Below, piece after piece: positions 14,405 to 28,182 of a stretch of 64,000 bases of DNA (the stretch's first letter is position 1; each line of letters opens with the position of its first letter). This DNA is from Mobula hypostoma. Taxonomy: Eukaryota. The stretch spans positions 79,610,001-79,674,000 of the forward strand of contig NC_086108.1 in the NCBI RefSeq assembly GCF_963921235.1, in the 5' to 3' direction. The translations under genes and the position numbers were made by a program. The notes beneath the pieces are model-generated. The model was not told the origin of the DNA. It searched no databases and saw only the letters and a list, made by a program, of their open reading frames with translations.

Positions 14405-15534
14405 GTGTGGAACACAACTACAGTTCTAACCTCCTCATTGTGTTTAACTGGGGCTTATTTAATGACAATCCCTTTTCTCCCCCAGTCCTTGCCCAAGTCC
14501 CACTGCTGTGCATATTAAAGATGTGAACAAGAGGTAGGAATCCATTGACCTAACATGAAGGTGAAATGGTCAAGCCAGTCCTCTCACTGTCGAATGCAAT
14601 TTAATGACCTGTGTCACTTTGTTGACTAAAGGTGAGATTCCTCTGGAGCATTATGTGAATGTCAACAGCTCATTTAGAACTAGTATGAAGATCGGCGATG
14701 TATCCAAAACACAAATTAACCCCTCATATTTTTTCACCTTTTTTCTGAGTAGGAGTGATTCTCCCACACCATTCTCATCTAGGATTACTGTTTTCACATA
14801 TATGAGTTATTGAAGCCTATATCCCAAGTAACTGTGAGGAAAGTAAAGTTAAAACTGGGATTGCTTTTAAATGAAGTTTTGGGAAAAGGAAAGGGTCCCC
14901 ACAGACATCTATACTTTTTGGCATTTGACGTTTAAATTCACACCTCTAGATCGTTCTAGTACAAATTAAATCCTTAAGGTATGTATTTCCTGCTATGAGG
15001 CAGACGACACCTGCATAAACAGTACATAATTTCTTTTGGTTGATTGTAGGAGGAAAAGCAAAGACTGTTCATCCAAAATGGATCTCTTGATCTGGGCAGA
15101 AATGTGGAAATTAAAAAGAAAATGTTTGAATGATTTGATTCCATGTGTTTGTGTCATGACGATGATAAAAGTGGCAAGCACACTTATTGAAATCTTGTCC
15201 TAGAAAATAAGAGAATGAGAGCAACTAATCTTTGGTGCTTATGCTACTTTTTGTAGAATTCCTTGCACACATTTTTGTGCATTTATTTGGATCACTCAAG
15301 CTTGTGTTTTTATTTGATAGTTTATGCTCCTGCTGACAATGTACCTGATCTTTTTAGTCAGTATCCTAACCCCAGAATTGGGATGGATATTGAAGAAAAT
15401 ATTAAGTTAAGACAAAAGGAAACAACTGAGTTAACAAAAGGAGGCAACCTTCAGGTCCCGTACTCTGCAATACTTCCAGATACTCCCTATGTTGATCCCG
15501 TAACAATGCCTTAGATCTTCTATAGTTCTATAGT

Positions 15535-16080
15535 ACACTCAAAAACTTCTATAGTTGTACAGTGGAGAGCATTCTGACAGGCTGCATCACTGTCTGGTAT
15601 GGAGGGGCTACTGCACAGGGCTGAAAGAAGCTGCAGAAGGTTGTAAATCTTGTCAGCTCCATCTTGGGTACAAGCCTACAAAATACTCAGGATGTCTTCA
15701 GGGAGCAGTGTCTCAGAAAGGGAGCGTCCATTATTAAAGACCTCCAGCGCCCAGGGCATGCCCTTTTCTCACTGTTACCATCAGGTAGGAGATACAGAAG
15801 CCTGAAGGCACACACTCAGCGATTCAGGAACAGCTTCTTCCCCTCTGCCATCTGATTCCTAAATGGATGTTGAATCTTTGAACACTACCTCACTTTTTTT
15901 AATATACAGTATTTCTGTTTTTGCATGTTTTTTAAAATCTATTCAATATATGTAATTGATTTACTTGTGTATTATTATTTTTTTTTCTCTCTGCTAGATT
16001 ATGTATTGCATTGAACTAGTGCTGCTAAGTTAACAAATTTCACATCCCATGCAAGTGATAATAAACCTGATTCTGATTCT
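15535..16080 (+). mobile_element. Rex1/Babar-like non-LTR retrotransposon 3' fragment
   Basis: FYSCTVESILTGCITVWYG...HALFSLLPSGRRYRSLKAHTQRFRNSFFPSAI; ends AATAAACCTGATTCTGATTCT; closely similar to 56409-56966. Confidence 0.82.
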
Positions 16081-16489
16081 AAAGTAGTCTGCTACAGGAA
16101 TTTCTTTTGAATTAGAGTTAGCAAGATTACTCCCTCTTGATCTTTCAATATTTCTGTGCTGCAAGACCCTTGCAACTCTACCACATTGGCAAAAGTGCTT
16201 TGGGACCCTCTCCAAAAAACTTCTGGATCTACCTCTTCATCCCGTTCCTACAAGACATCAGGCTCTAACAGAGCTCCCAGATCTCAGGACCTGCCCAAAC
16301 CTGTTGAATTTCATTCTCTAAACCATGTGCTATAATATCGTAAATCTCACTCATCGTGTATGTTTATCTAAAAACATAAATGATCATGTGATATAAAACA
16401 ACCTAACAAGGTGTGCAGAAGGGCGTACAGGACTCAACACCAGGCATCAGATATGAGTCGATTCTTCCTAATCTTTATCAGTGGAGGGA

Positions 16490-17190
16490 CAGACCAGGAT
16501 AAGACATGCCCAGTTAACAGTAGAGCACTGAGGAGTGCAGTAGAACAAAAGGATTTGGGAATACAGATCCAGAATTCCTTGAAAGTGGGGTCACAAGGAG
16601 ATAGAGTGATTTAACAAAAGCTTTTGGCACATTGGCCATCACAGATCAGAGTATTGAGTACAGTTGTTGGGACATTATGCTGAAGTCGTATAAGATGTTG
16701 GTGAGGCCAAATTTGAAGTATTGTGTGCAGGTCTGGTCACGAACCTACAGGAAAGATATCAATAAGATTGGAAGAGGACAGAGAAAATATACAAGGTTGT
16801 TGCCAGGGCTTGAGTCATATGAGTCATAAGGAAAGATTCCTTAGGAGAATGAGGGGAGTATTGATAATAGTATACAAAATTATCAGGGTAAATGCAAGAA
16901 AGCTTTTTCCATTGGTGTTGTGTCAGACTAGAATTAGTGGTCATAGGTTAAGGGTGAAAGGTGAAATATTTAAGGGGAACTTGAGCGGGAATTACTTTAC
17001 TCAGAGGATGGTGGGAGTTGAATGTGCTGGTTCGATTGCAACATTTAAGAGAAGTCTGGGTGGGTATGTTGATGGGAGGGGTATCGGAGGCTCTTGTGCA
17101 GGTGCAGGTTGATGGGACTAAGCAGAATAACTGTGGCATGGACTAGATGAACTGAAGTTCGTGTTTCTGTGCTATAGTACTCCATGACCA
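16490..17190 (+). mobile_element. CR1 LINE 3' fragment
   Basis: RALRSAVEQKDLGIQI, LVRPNLKYCVQVWS, YFTQRMVG; same family as 53315-54128. Confidence 0.85.
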
Positions 17191-17199
17191 TAGACTGCA

Positions 17200-17665
17200 T
17201 TCCTGTCAGGATGCGAAGTGGCTTGGTAGGGCAACTACTCTGCATGTGACCATAAGAAACTGCAGAGTTGCACACACAGCACGTCATAGGAACTATCCTC
17301 CCCTTTATGAACTCTGTCTATATTTCTCGCTGCCTTAGAAAAACTGCCGGCAAAATCAAAGACTCTATCCACCCTAGACATTCTCTCTTCTCCCCTCTGT
17401 CATTGATCTGAAAGCACATACTACCAAGCTCAAGGACAGCTTCTATCCCTCTTGAACCCTGAACAGACCCTTGAACAATATGATGGACTCTTGGCCTCAA
17501 AATCTACCTTGTTATGATCTTGCACTTTATCGCTTGCCTGCATTACGCTTTTTGGCAGCTTTTACACTTTATTCTGCATTTCTTTTATTCTTGTTCACTG
17601 CACTGTGTAATGATCTGATCTGTATAAACAGTATACAAGACAAGCTTTTCACCATACATGTGACA
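17200..17665 (+). mobile_element. Older Rex1/Babar-like 3' fragment
   Basis: KKLQ...SRCLRK..KIKDSIHPRHSLFSPL remnants and KDSFYP-like end. Confidence 0.6.
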
Positions 17666-18089
17666 TGCAGAGCTCAGCATCAGCACCCTGACTAATGATG
17701 AGATGCCAGACTAGTGAAGCTGCAATACAGGATTACTTGTGTGTAAACAGCAAAGATAACATACAACGTTACAGTGGGTAATCAAGTAGGAACATCTAAA
17801 TTATCAACGATGGTGAGGCATGGCAAGTGAGTGTCATAGTCAAGGATGAAGAATGTGTAACCTTATTTTACCAGGAATGTTCGATTTATCCATTCAGTCG
17901 TTCTCACCTTCACAGAAGTCAGTTTGTTAGTCAGGTTAACTCACATTTGTCCTGCTCATTCATCTGCCTTGTGACTGTTTTGTGCATTTTCTGTGCAGTG
18001 CCTTCCAATTTAATTTTTTTGTTAGATATCTTAACATTTTTATTTATATTCCCCCCCCCCCCCAGATTTTCTACTTGTCTAGTTACTCA

Positions 18090-18272
18090 ATGCAATTTAA
18101 GGTTCTTGATTAACCTATCAACATCCATGTCTTTGGGATATAGGTGGAAACGAGCACCCGGGGACACCCACGTGGTTGTGGAGAACGTGCAAACTCCACA
18201 TAGACAGCTCCAGAAGACAGAATTGAACCTGGGTCAGATGGAACGGTGAAGCAGCAGTTGTGCTGCTGTGCC
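18090..18272 (-). mobile_element. V-SINE (HE1-like) tRNA-derived SINE
   Basis: Minus strand has B-box-like GGTTCAATTC followed by V-domain-like TGTGGAGTTTGCACGTTCTCC...GGGTGCTCGTTTCC. Confidence 0.75.
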
Positions 18273-18429
18273 AGTGATCTCCAATAATTGGGAATCTAAG
18301 CACCAACTTTTCAATGACACGACCGCTGCAGAACCTTACAAGGAAGAGTCCAACTACCTGCTCTTGGGAGTACTAACACTGCGTCTTCAAACATAAATAT
18401 CCTGGTTGCTGAGGAATTCAATGCCCAGA

Positions 18430-18960
18430 AACTCAATTGGACCAATCTTGGTGAGTGGGGAATTCAATGACCAGAAACTGAATTGGACCAGCCACAAAAA
18501 TACTAGGTCTACACGAGCAGGTCAGAGACTGGGTATTTTGAGGTGAATGAATAATTCAATTGTTAAGAATGTGGTGGATGACTGTAACTCTGGCAATCTT
18601 CAAGAACCTCAGTGCCCTCCACAGTAAAGCAGCCCACTTGATCAGTATCCCAAGAAGTATACTGAGCACACATTCTGTCCACCAAGAATGCATAGTGGCT
18701 GCAGTATGTGCCATCTTCAGAATGCTCTGCAGTCACTAATGTAGCTACTCCAATAGCACCTCCCACACCAATGCCCATTAGCAGCAGAGAGACAAGGACG
18801 GTAGCTGCACGTGAACTGACCACCTGCAGTACCCCTCCATAATCCTTACCATGCCAACTTAGAAATGTACGGCTGGTCCTTAACAGCTTCTGAATACCAA
18901 AACACTCTCCTCAACAACATTGTGGGAATACCTTCACTAGCTGCTCTCACCTATGGTTAC
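18430..18960 (+). mobile_element. Old unclassified LINE 3' fragment
   Basis: DQKLNWTSH-like and AGQRLGIL-like remnants; appears related to minus-strand copies at ~44860-45250 and 61780-62600. Confidence 0.5.
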
Positions 18961-19469
18961 TAAGCATCTCTAATTTTTAGTTTAATGCGATCCTCTCTGT
19001 CACCAAAACATTTTGGAGGCCTGTAGACAACTCCACGTATGTCTGAAGTCATTTGCCACTTCTTAGCTTCTCACCAGGCTGACTCTACATCTTAATTTTT
19101 CTGAACCAATTTTTTTTTTGTCTTGACTATTGTCCTGACTTCATCCGTTATTAAAATGGACACCTCAGCTTCCTTTCCTTCTTGCTTGTACTTCTTAAAT
19201 ATCATTTTACTGAGCAATAAAAATAACGTTACTGAGCCTACAAGGAAACATGATATCTCAGATCTGGTCCTACACAACAAGACGGTTAAAATTAACAACC
19301 TTGGGCATACTCTTGGAAAGAGTGATATCAGTACGACTGAATGTTTAATGCAAATTATTGGGGCAGTAATTTGTTCTAAAATCGGTGTGTTATGCCTAAA
19401 CAAACGACAATACATCGGGGTAAGGGAAAAGTTTGCTTCCGTAGACTGGGAACACAGGTTTATGTTGGG

Positions 19470-20015
19470 GGGGGCCTTATATTTAGGCTACATTTGGGCC
19501 CATTTTTAAAGAAAGGATGTGTTGGCATTGGAGAGGGTTCAGAGGAGGCTTGCAAGAATGATCCCAGGAACAAAAGGGTTAATATACAAGGAGCACGGGA
19601 TGGCTCTGGGCATGTGCTTGCTGCAGTTTAGAAGAATGATGGGGAATCTCATGAAAGCTATCCAATATTCAAAGGCCTAGATGGTGTGGACATGGAGAAG
19701 ATGTTTCATGTAGTGGGGGAGCCCCGGGACAGAGGGCACGGCCTCAGAATAGAAGGACGCCCCTTTAGAACAGGGAAGAGAAAGAATTTCTTCAGACAGA
19801 GCATAGTGAATCTGTGGAATTCATTGCCACAGATGGCTGTGGAGGACAATTCATTAGGTATATTTAAAGTGGAGGTTGATAGGTTCTTGATTAGTATGGG
19901 CATGAAAGGTTAGGTGAAGAAGGCAGGAGAATGAGGTTGAAAGGGATAATAAATCGGCCATGATAGAATGGTGGAACAGACTAGATGGGCCAATTGGCCT
20001 ATTTTCCTCCTCTGC
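19470..20015 (+). mobile_element. CR1 LINE 3' fragment
   Basis: RGHGLRIEGRPFRT..RKNFF..IVNLWNSLPQ and CR1-type 3' UTR. Confidence 0.85.
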
Positions 20016-21799
20016 ATTAAAATCAAGTGGAGGAACAGTAAAATACTGTCAAAGGGACTTTTCACAGAGCTCAACAAAAGTATATTCTAGTTAAAAGCAA
20101 GGATAATATGGGTGTGGAGAACAGATCTTGGATAACTGAGTGAAAAAGGAAGACATCAAACTAAAAGCTCTCAGGTACAAATTTGCCAATGATAGTATGA
20201 GACTTACTTACTTTAGGGAAACTTTAAAAGTAACAAAGAACCACTAAGGAAACAATGAAGGAGAAATTAAATTATGAAAGTGAATTAGTGCAAAAATATA
20301 AAAAGAGACAGTGAAAGAGTTTACCTTTATTTACAGCTAAAATGTGTGGCTAAGGTGAATGTAGTTTTCTTGGAAGGTGAGGAGGGGGAATTAATCTGTG
20401 GTAATGTGCAAATGGCTGAGGCTTTCTACAAGTATTGGTCTTCACAGTGAAGCAGATGTCTAACATGTTAAAGAGGGATGTTACAGATGCAATGGGAGGT
20501 GTATCTGGGCCTGTCCTATTGCTCCCACCCAGCAACAGTGGCTGCCCTTGGCTGATGCTCATTTTTATGATGAAGGCTGCAGACGTCCCTGAAGATAAGT
20601 TCCTCGCAGTCCTGAAGATCCTGTTTCAGCTTTCACCATCACAATAACTCACAACAGCACTCAAGCAATTATTAGATTTTTCTATTGTCTTTGTCATTTC
20701 ACTTTTGTTCCGGTTTTCAGGTCCTGCCTGGTTTAAATAGCGAGGCCCACCTAGGTGATGTGGCCAGTCAGCATTGCCCCTGTGGTAGCACTCTGCTAGG
20801 AATCCCCTCCACAAATCAGCCAGAGTTTGCTGAGGAATTTTCTCTCAGGAAAACCCAGATATTCTTGTCAGCAAATTCCAACACTTGAATATTTTAGGAG
20901 GTCAGAGTTCAACATTCATGCCAGATTTATTCCACATTTAACATATGCCAAAAAAAAGTAATTCAGCTTTATCTGGCAGTTGGTCAGCATGTGTCAGTCT
21001 TATCAATTATAGTTTACTTTTAGAAGCATGTCACGTACTTTCCACATCAAACTGTCTAATTCTGATGTTATAATTAATGGCTCCAATCAGTCAGCCCATT
21101 GCACACACCAAGCATTTGGAGTTAGTGGCACAGATAGTCCTGCCTTCCTACCTGACAGGCATTCAGTCATCAGTTAAAAAGCTAGATCAGCAAGCAGTCC
21201 AATTAATCCAGGTTCAATATCTAGCGTATTTCAAGGTCTTGAGAGGTTTAACAGTCATTGTTAATTTACCCAGATAACAATAGCTTGCTTCCAAATGTTT
21301 GACCAGCATTCGGTCAGTTGATAAATGTATCTTAGTAAATGGGTGAACGCCTGCATATCTTTGTGTAGTGAACAAACAATTGCCAAAGCAGGAGAAGAAA
21401 TTGTATTTTTTAATAAGACCAGGTATTTTTCCGAGGCAGCAGCGATACATCCATAATTTCCCTAGCAAGGACTTGTCACAATTAATCTTGAGATGGTGTA
21501 ACAAGGATCTTTTAGCATTTCAGTCATCAAAGAATGCTCTGAATGGGTTTGAGATTAAAATGATGGAATAAAATCAGGATAAACTGTAGCTGCTCAACAG
21601 ATTCAGCAGCATTTGCAGAGAACAATAGAATTAACATTTCTGGTCAATGACTTTCCATCAGTGATATAAAACTGGGTCAGGTTTTGCAAGTGAATGCTTG
21701 CATTCCTGTGTAAACGTCACCAGTTTTGAAATTTCCACAACTGCTGGTGAATGACTAAACCCTAAATTAATCCTAGCTGCCACTCCTAATGAGGCTTCA

Positions 21800-22180
21800 T
21801 GAATATGCAAATTAGGAGCAGGAGTAGGCCAATGAGCTTGCTCTGTTGTTTAATAAGATCATGACTATAGTGATTGTCACCTCAAATCTACATACTTATT
21901 TACCCAAGGTAACCTTTCACCCCCTTGCATTTCAATGGTCTGTCACTGCCTTAAAATTATCCAGAATCTCTTCTTCCACCCCCAGTTGCGGGACCATAGG
22001 AGAGAGAGAAAAGAATGACTATCTCCGTTCTGAATGGGCAACACATTGCTTTTAAACCATGATGCTTTGTTTTATGTAGTCCCATAAAAACTAACATCCT
22101 CTGCACATTCACCCTGTCAGGATCTCACCCTCAGGATCTTTTTTTATGTTTCAATTCAATCAAGATACCTCTTAGTCTTT
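21800..22180 (-). mobile_element. Old CR1 3' end
   Basis: AGGAGCAGGAGTAGGCCA terminal motif, as in the other minus-strand CR1 tails, plus decayed ORF2 C-terminus. Confidence 0.6.
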
Positions 22181-22354
22181 AACTGTTAGCAAACTGGATT
22201 CCAAAATTGAACTCCAGCAATGGATTTTGAAGTTACAATCATTAAATATACCAAAGTAAAATGAAGGTTCACAGTCTTTGAAATGAGATCTAAGATGAAG
22301 CAACACATTTTCCCTCAAAAAGGGGCCAACCCATTCAAGAAAAACACACCACCA

Positions 22355-22615
22355 GGGGAACTCAGCAGGTCAGGCAGCATTTGTGGAAACCAAGGGATGG
22401 TTGAGATTTTGGTTCAGGGACTTGTATCAGGTCTAGAAGTGTAAAGGGAAAATAGCGAGTATAAAGAGGTGAGGCAGAGCTGGTGAGCAACAGTGGATTC
22501 GGGTGAGGAAGGTTTAATGGACAAATGGAGCCAAGGTGGGTGTAAGGTGAGGTGCAGATAGTCCAGAGACTGGGAGGTGATAACGGAGACAACAGAAAGC
22601 TGCAGATATTGGAAT
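22355..22615 (-). mobile_element. Old Penelope-like terminal fragment
   Basis: GAACTCAGCAGGTCAGGCAGCAT motif shared with the PLE 3' end at 41060-41085 (opposite strand). Confidence 0.65.
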
Positions 22616-23104
22616 TTGACCTGTGGATCTCATTCCAAAATAGGGTTATAGCAGACACGTCACTAAATATATTTCAGAAGGAGATTAGTACATTTCTAGG
22701 TTTAAATGAAGTCAAAAGGGCTATAGGGAAATGACATTGAGATTGTCAACGAGATATGAGATCATATTGATGGTGGAACAGGTCCGAATGGGGAATTGCC
22801 TACAGCCACCCCTACTTTAAAATATTTAATTGAAATTTGTGTTCATTGGCAGTGCAGCATATGATTATTGTGAAATTCATGGAATAATAAACTGGACCAA
22901 ATCACTTGCCCTAATTTTAGACTTGGGGGTGTTGGTGATCCACTGTGATTAATTAATAATTTTTTTTTCACCTTTGCATTAGGTTCTTGATATAACATAA
23001 GGTGGGGTGCGTGAGGCTCTCTCTACGGTAGAGACCAGGAGCTACTCTCATAGAGCTGTCCCACCCCAGAATCCAGTTACCCAGCAATAGTGGACAAGAT
23101 GTAA

Positions 23105-23890
23105 TTGTTTATTTATTTATTTATTGAATTGAATTGACTTTATTACTTACAACCTTCACATACATGAGGAGTAAAAATCTTTACGTTACATCTCTGTATA
23201 AATGTGCAATTTATAGTCATTTGTAATAAATAGTATGTACAACAGGACAGTTAATATAGCATAGGAATACAATTGTATCAGCGTGAGTTAATCAGTCTGA
23301 GGGCCTGTTGGAAGGATCTGTCCCGGAGCCTGTTGGTCCTGGCTTTAATGCTGCAGATGGTAGCTGCTGGAACAGTTGGTGGTTGGGTTGACTTGGGTCC
23401 CCAATTATCCTTTGCACCCTTTTTACGCATTTGTCTCTGTACATGTCCTGAATAGTGGGAAGTTCACATCTACAGTTGTGCTGGGCTGTCTGCACCAATC
23501 TCTGCAGAGTCCTGCGACTGAGGGAAGTTCAGTTCCTATACCAGGCAGTGATGCAGCCAGTCAGGATGCTCTCAATTGTACCCCCATAGAAAGTCCTTAG
23601 GATTTGGGGACTCATGCCAAACTTCTTCAACTGTCTGAGGTGAAAGGCGCTTTCGTGCTTTTTTCACCACACAACCGTATGTACAGACCACGTGAGACCC
23701 TCGGTGATATGTATGCCAAGGAAACTTAAAGCTGTTTACCCTCTCGACCCCAGATCTATTGATGTCAATAGGGGCTGGCCTGTCTCCATTTCTCCCGTAG
23801 TCCACAACCAGCTCCTTTGTCTTTGTGACATTAAGGGAGAGTTTGCTTTCTTGACACCACTGTGTCAGGGTGATGACTTCTTCTCTATAG
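23105..23890 (-). mobile_element. Rex1/Babar-like 3' fragment
   Basis: APIDINRSGVERVNSFKF, ELPTIQDMYRDKCVKR...DPSQPNHQLFQQLPS; AATAAA plus (CAATT)n tail on minus strand. Confidence 0.8.
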
Positions 23891-23914
23891 GCGAAGAATA
23901 TCTGTTAGAGATTC

Positions 23915-24185
23915 TACATGGAATAGCCCTTCTGGCCCTTTAAGGTGTGCTGCCAGCAACCCCTGATTTAGCCCTAGACTAATTACAGGACTACTTACAA
24001 TGACCAATTAACTACTAATCTGTACATCTTTGGACTATGAGAGGAAACCAGATCATCCAGAAGAAACCCACACATTCTATTGGGAGAATGTACAAAATCC
24101 TTACAGAGGGTGCCAGGATTGAACTGCAAACACCAACGGCCCGAGTTGCAATAGCATCGTGCTAGCCATTATACTACCGTGGTGT
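23915..24185 (-). mobile_element. V-SINE (HE1-like)
   Basis: Minus strand starts ACGGTAGTATAATGGCTAGCA (A-box-like), has GTTCAATCC (B-box-like), V-domain-like GTGGGTTTCTTCTGGATGATCTGGTTTCCTC and a CR1-like tail. Confidence 0.75.
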
Positions 24186-25774
24186 TTGCTGACAAGATCT
24201 AAAAATGGCCCAGTGCACACAGGAAATACAATTCTGAGAAGTTATTGAAGGAGAATGGGTACACAACTCTAAAAACCCAATGCCTGAAAAGCTACTCAAT
24301 CATCTTATCTCTCCGATGTAAAATGATCCAGTGATGTTAATTAAATGGGGTTATGTCCTGTCATCACTACATCCTGATAAACCTCACAGCTGCCCACCAA
24401 ATTCAAACAATATTTCATGAGATACGGGAGCAAAATTTTGTCATTCGAACCATTATGTCTGCTCCACCATTCCATCATGGTTTTTCAACCATACTACAGT
24501 CTCTTCCAGTTTCAGGTGCTTTACAATTCCATTAATACAAAGTGATTTGCCCGGTAATAATATCTTGGCTCTTCATTAATTAATAACTCTGTCCTGAGAA
24601 GTAAGGGAATGCACGTCCTTATTTAGTCAATAGGGTTCTGAAACATCTTTCACCAAAATGGTTTAGGATGGATGCCAGTATTTTAGTCATATTTTCTTGG
24701 TCAAAATTGCCCATTAGTTTCCAAAATTTCATTTCATCTTGTTTTGACTGGGCCTATTTCTTACCGATAGTATGTGGACCAATCTATTAAAGGTTTAATC
24801 TATTCTTCATAGACTTTTATTTCTTAATGAAGCAGAACCTACACTGTTATTTCCTTAGTGAACTGACATTGAAAATGTGTTGCATGATATATAACCCAAT
24901 CAAATGCTAATACCAAAGTGTTGTTGCAGCAAAGTCGGTTAGCAACAGCTGGAATTGGAACTATGATGAACATGTAATGCATGTGACGGAAATGTGCTTT
25001 ACTCATTAGTCCATAACTGTTCATCCAGATATCCTATTATCCTGCACCTGTGTGATCATTTCGCTTTTAAGGCGTGCACTGCTATGGGAAAAAAATGGGT
25101 AATCATTCCTTTAACAGATGGTACAACATCTCAAACTCAATTTTCATGATCTGAATTTATTAGAACTTTGTGTTAGATTGGCTTCGAAATTCAACATTAA
25201 GATTAAAACTATGGAAGGTAAGTTGAAAGTTCAGACCACACAGCAGGTTAGTGTACTGAACACGGGTTGTTTGTGTTACGTTTTGTAACTCCAGAAATTA
25301 ATTAAAAGAAATACACAGCAGCCACGATGAACTTGGCTTCTCAGGTTTTCTTTAGTGAGGCGCTCACGTATGACGTGGTGGCATAATGATGTCTACCATT
25401 CATATACTTCTTACATATAACCTATAATGAATTAAGCAAACACCAAGGAATGCTTAATCAAACAATATATTTAATACTCAAATATTACTGAAATATAAAA
25501 TACACTAAACTCCTTCCTGCTTAGCTATAAACTCCAACTCAATTTAGAATGCTTCTCAACTCAAATATGTAACACATTGCTCTCTAGTCATCTTATATAC
25601 ACAGTATACTATATAGTACAGCTATTGCATAGACATTCACAGCATAGTAAGTTTTAAATTGACCCATCCTGGCCTAAAGTGTGAAGTGTGGAATAACACC
25701 TTTCCTGACAAGGAGGGTCACTGCTTGGCAGATAAGATGTGGCTGTGAAACAATTTCAGGTTCTGGAGCCTCCG

Positions 25775-26120
25775 ATGAAAGGATTTTCCTTTCAGAAAAC
25801 CATGTTGGCTTTGGCCTATCTTGTCATGTGCCCCCAGGTACTCCGTAATCTCATCCCTAACAATCAATTCCAACAACTTCCCAATCACTGATGTCAGGCT
25901 AACAGGTCTATAGTTTCCTTTCTGCTGCCTCCCGCCTTTCTGAAATAGCTGAGTAACATTTGCAATTTTCCAGTCATCCGGTACAATGCCAGAATCTATC
26001 GATTCTTGAAAGATCATTGTTAATGCCTCCACAATCTCTCCAGCTACTTCCTTCAGAACCCAAGGGTGAATTCCATCAGGTCCAGGAGATTTATCCATCC
26101 TCAGAACGTTAAGCTTCCTT
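25775..26120 (-). mobile_element. CR1 RT fragment inside the Gypsy element
   Basis: DKSPGPDGIHPWVLKE...GNYRPVSLTS...QSQHGFLKGKS. Confidence 0.88.
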
Positions 26121-28182
26121 TATCCATTGTTATTTCTTCCCAATCTGTAGTAATGAGTTCATGGGGTAGAGCACAGTAGCCTGCTTTGGCAGGAACCCAT
26201 TATAGTAAATGACAAATCCTAAAAAAAACACAACTGTGACAAGTCCTTTGGCCTTGGGACATTCACCACTGCTTGAATTTTCTTAGCACACTTGTGTAAT
26301 TTTTGTACGTCAAAGGTGAGAACACAGCAAGTGATGCTTGGTGTAAAGAATTCACAGTTGACACATCATACTCTGAGGCCATAATCTTCTCATCTTTTTA
26401 ATACTGTCTTGAAATTTTGGAGATGTTCCTTGTCATCCTCACCAATAATAATGATGTCATCCAGGTAATGCTGAGTGCCTCTACAGCCTGCAGTGCCTGG
26501 CCCATAGCTTTCTGCCAGAGCACAAGTTCCAATACTACTCCAAAAATAAGCCTATTTATACACGTTTGTAGTAATAAATCCCTTGGTGGATGTTTACGGT
26601 GGAAACACTTTGGACTCTTCTTCCATCTCCATGAGTAGGTAGGTCCATTTGCTGATGAGTTTCCTTCCAGAAAGCTATCCTCCATCCTAGGCAGAAGGTA
26701 TTAATCTGCTTTCAGTACTGGGTTGATGGTGACCTTAAAATCACCACAGGTCCTGACAGATCCATCCTTCTTGGGTACTGGGACATCTGGCATTGCCCAT
26801 GGCCTTCAATCAGCCTTGGAAAGAATTCCTTGAGCCTCCATGCGGTCCAGCTCACTCACTACTTTATCATGGATGGTATAAGGAACTGGACAGGCTTTGT
26901 AAAACTTACGCATGGCACTTTCATTTAACACAATTTTACCTTTGATATGTTTGAGTTTTCCAGTGCCATCCTTGAACACTGCCATGGCATCATCCAGTAT
27001 CTTTCTTAATTTGCAGTCTTTAGTTGACTTTATTGCAGAGGTTGTGGTATGCAAATCATGGATGGAACTCCAATCAAGTTGTAGTTCTCTCCGCCAATCA
27101 GGCCCCACAATTTTGGCCTTCCTGTTTTACCACATACAAGGCTAACATGGTTTATCAGCTGGTGTATTTCACTGTTATGAATGTCATTTCCACAGGAGTC
27201 ATCTTTTCTCCAATTTAAGTACTCAGTTGTTATCTGCAGGCCTCAGTTTAGTATCTTTTAAATGTCATTCAAACTCATTCTGTGGAATGACTGAATCAGC
27301 CGAGCTAGTGTCAAATTCCATTTCAATTAATTTGCCATTCGCTTCTGCTGCAAGCCATATTGCGTGTCTCTTGTTAGTTTTCACATTTTAAGTCTTAAAA
27401 CTACTCAGTCCTGTGTCACTCTCAACATTATCAGATTTTTCATCAACCACATGCAGAATAGTGCTCGTTTTGGAACTGCAACTTGACTTTTTATCTTGTT
27501 CTCTTCCCCGTGCGGTCCAGTTATTTTCACCTCCCCCGCCGTTTTCTTTGTATGTGTCCTACGTTGTTGCATTTTCTGCAAGATTTGCCTTTGAACCTGC
27601 ATTGGTCTGGTCAATGCGAGCCCCTGCCACAGCAGTAACACAATTTGTTTGGCCAGCTGATTTCTGTTGAGACGTTGCAATTTTGTTCACTCTGACTTTC
27701 ATTCCTGACTGCATCTCATTTGTGGCTCTGGCTGCTGTTACAACTGACACAGCAATTTCAACTCCTCTTTTAAATATGAGTTGTGTTTCAGTTAGGAGCT
27801 GTTCTTGAATGTTTTCTTATAAGATTCTACAAACTAATTGATCTCTCAGTGCATCATTAAGCCTGTGACTGAACTGACAATGCTCAGACAATTTCTTTGG
27901 TTCAGCCACTCACGTTACGAAACCTAAAGCATTCTACAATCAACAATGGGTTTGGTTCTAAATGTTCCCACATTACTTTCACAATCTTAGCCAAGCTCAC
28001 TTTGGCTGGTTTGGTTGGATCAGTTAAATATCTAAGCAAAATGTATGCTTTTCCACCTATTGCACTTAGTAACACTGGCACTCATTTTTCATTGGCTATT
28101 TCATTTGCTTCAAAATACTACTCAATTCATTCAGTATACATCACCCAGTTATCCGTTGTGAAATCAAACTTGTCTATCTTTA

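Larger units (their letters stand above)
12601..14425 (+). other. ZSWIM5: Probable ZSWIM5 3' UTR
   Basis: No recognisable TE; AU-rich sequence from the stop codon to AATAAA at 14399-14404, followed by a TG/T-rich element; the end position is inferred. Confidence 0.6.

Noticed and set aside
21580..21662. Possible further hammerhead in an old PLE terminal remnant
   Set aside because: Core and helices too decayed to call a ribozyme; the same applies to the remnants at 9110-9145 and 22400-22435
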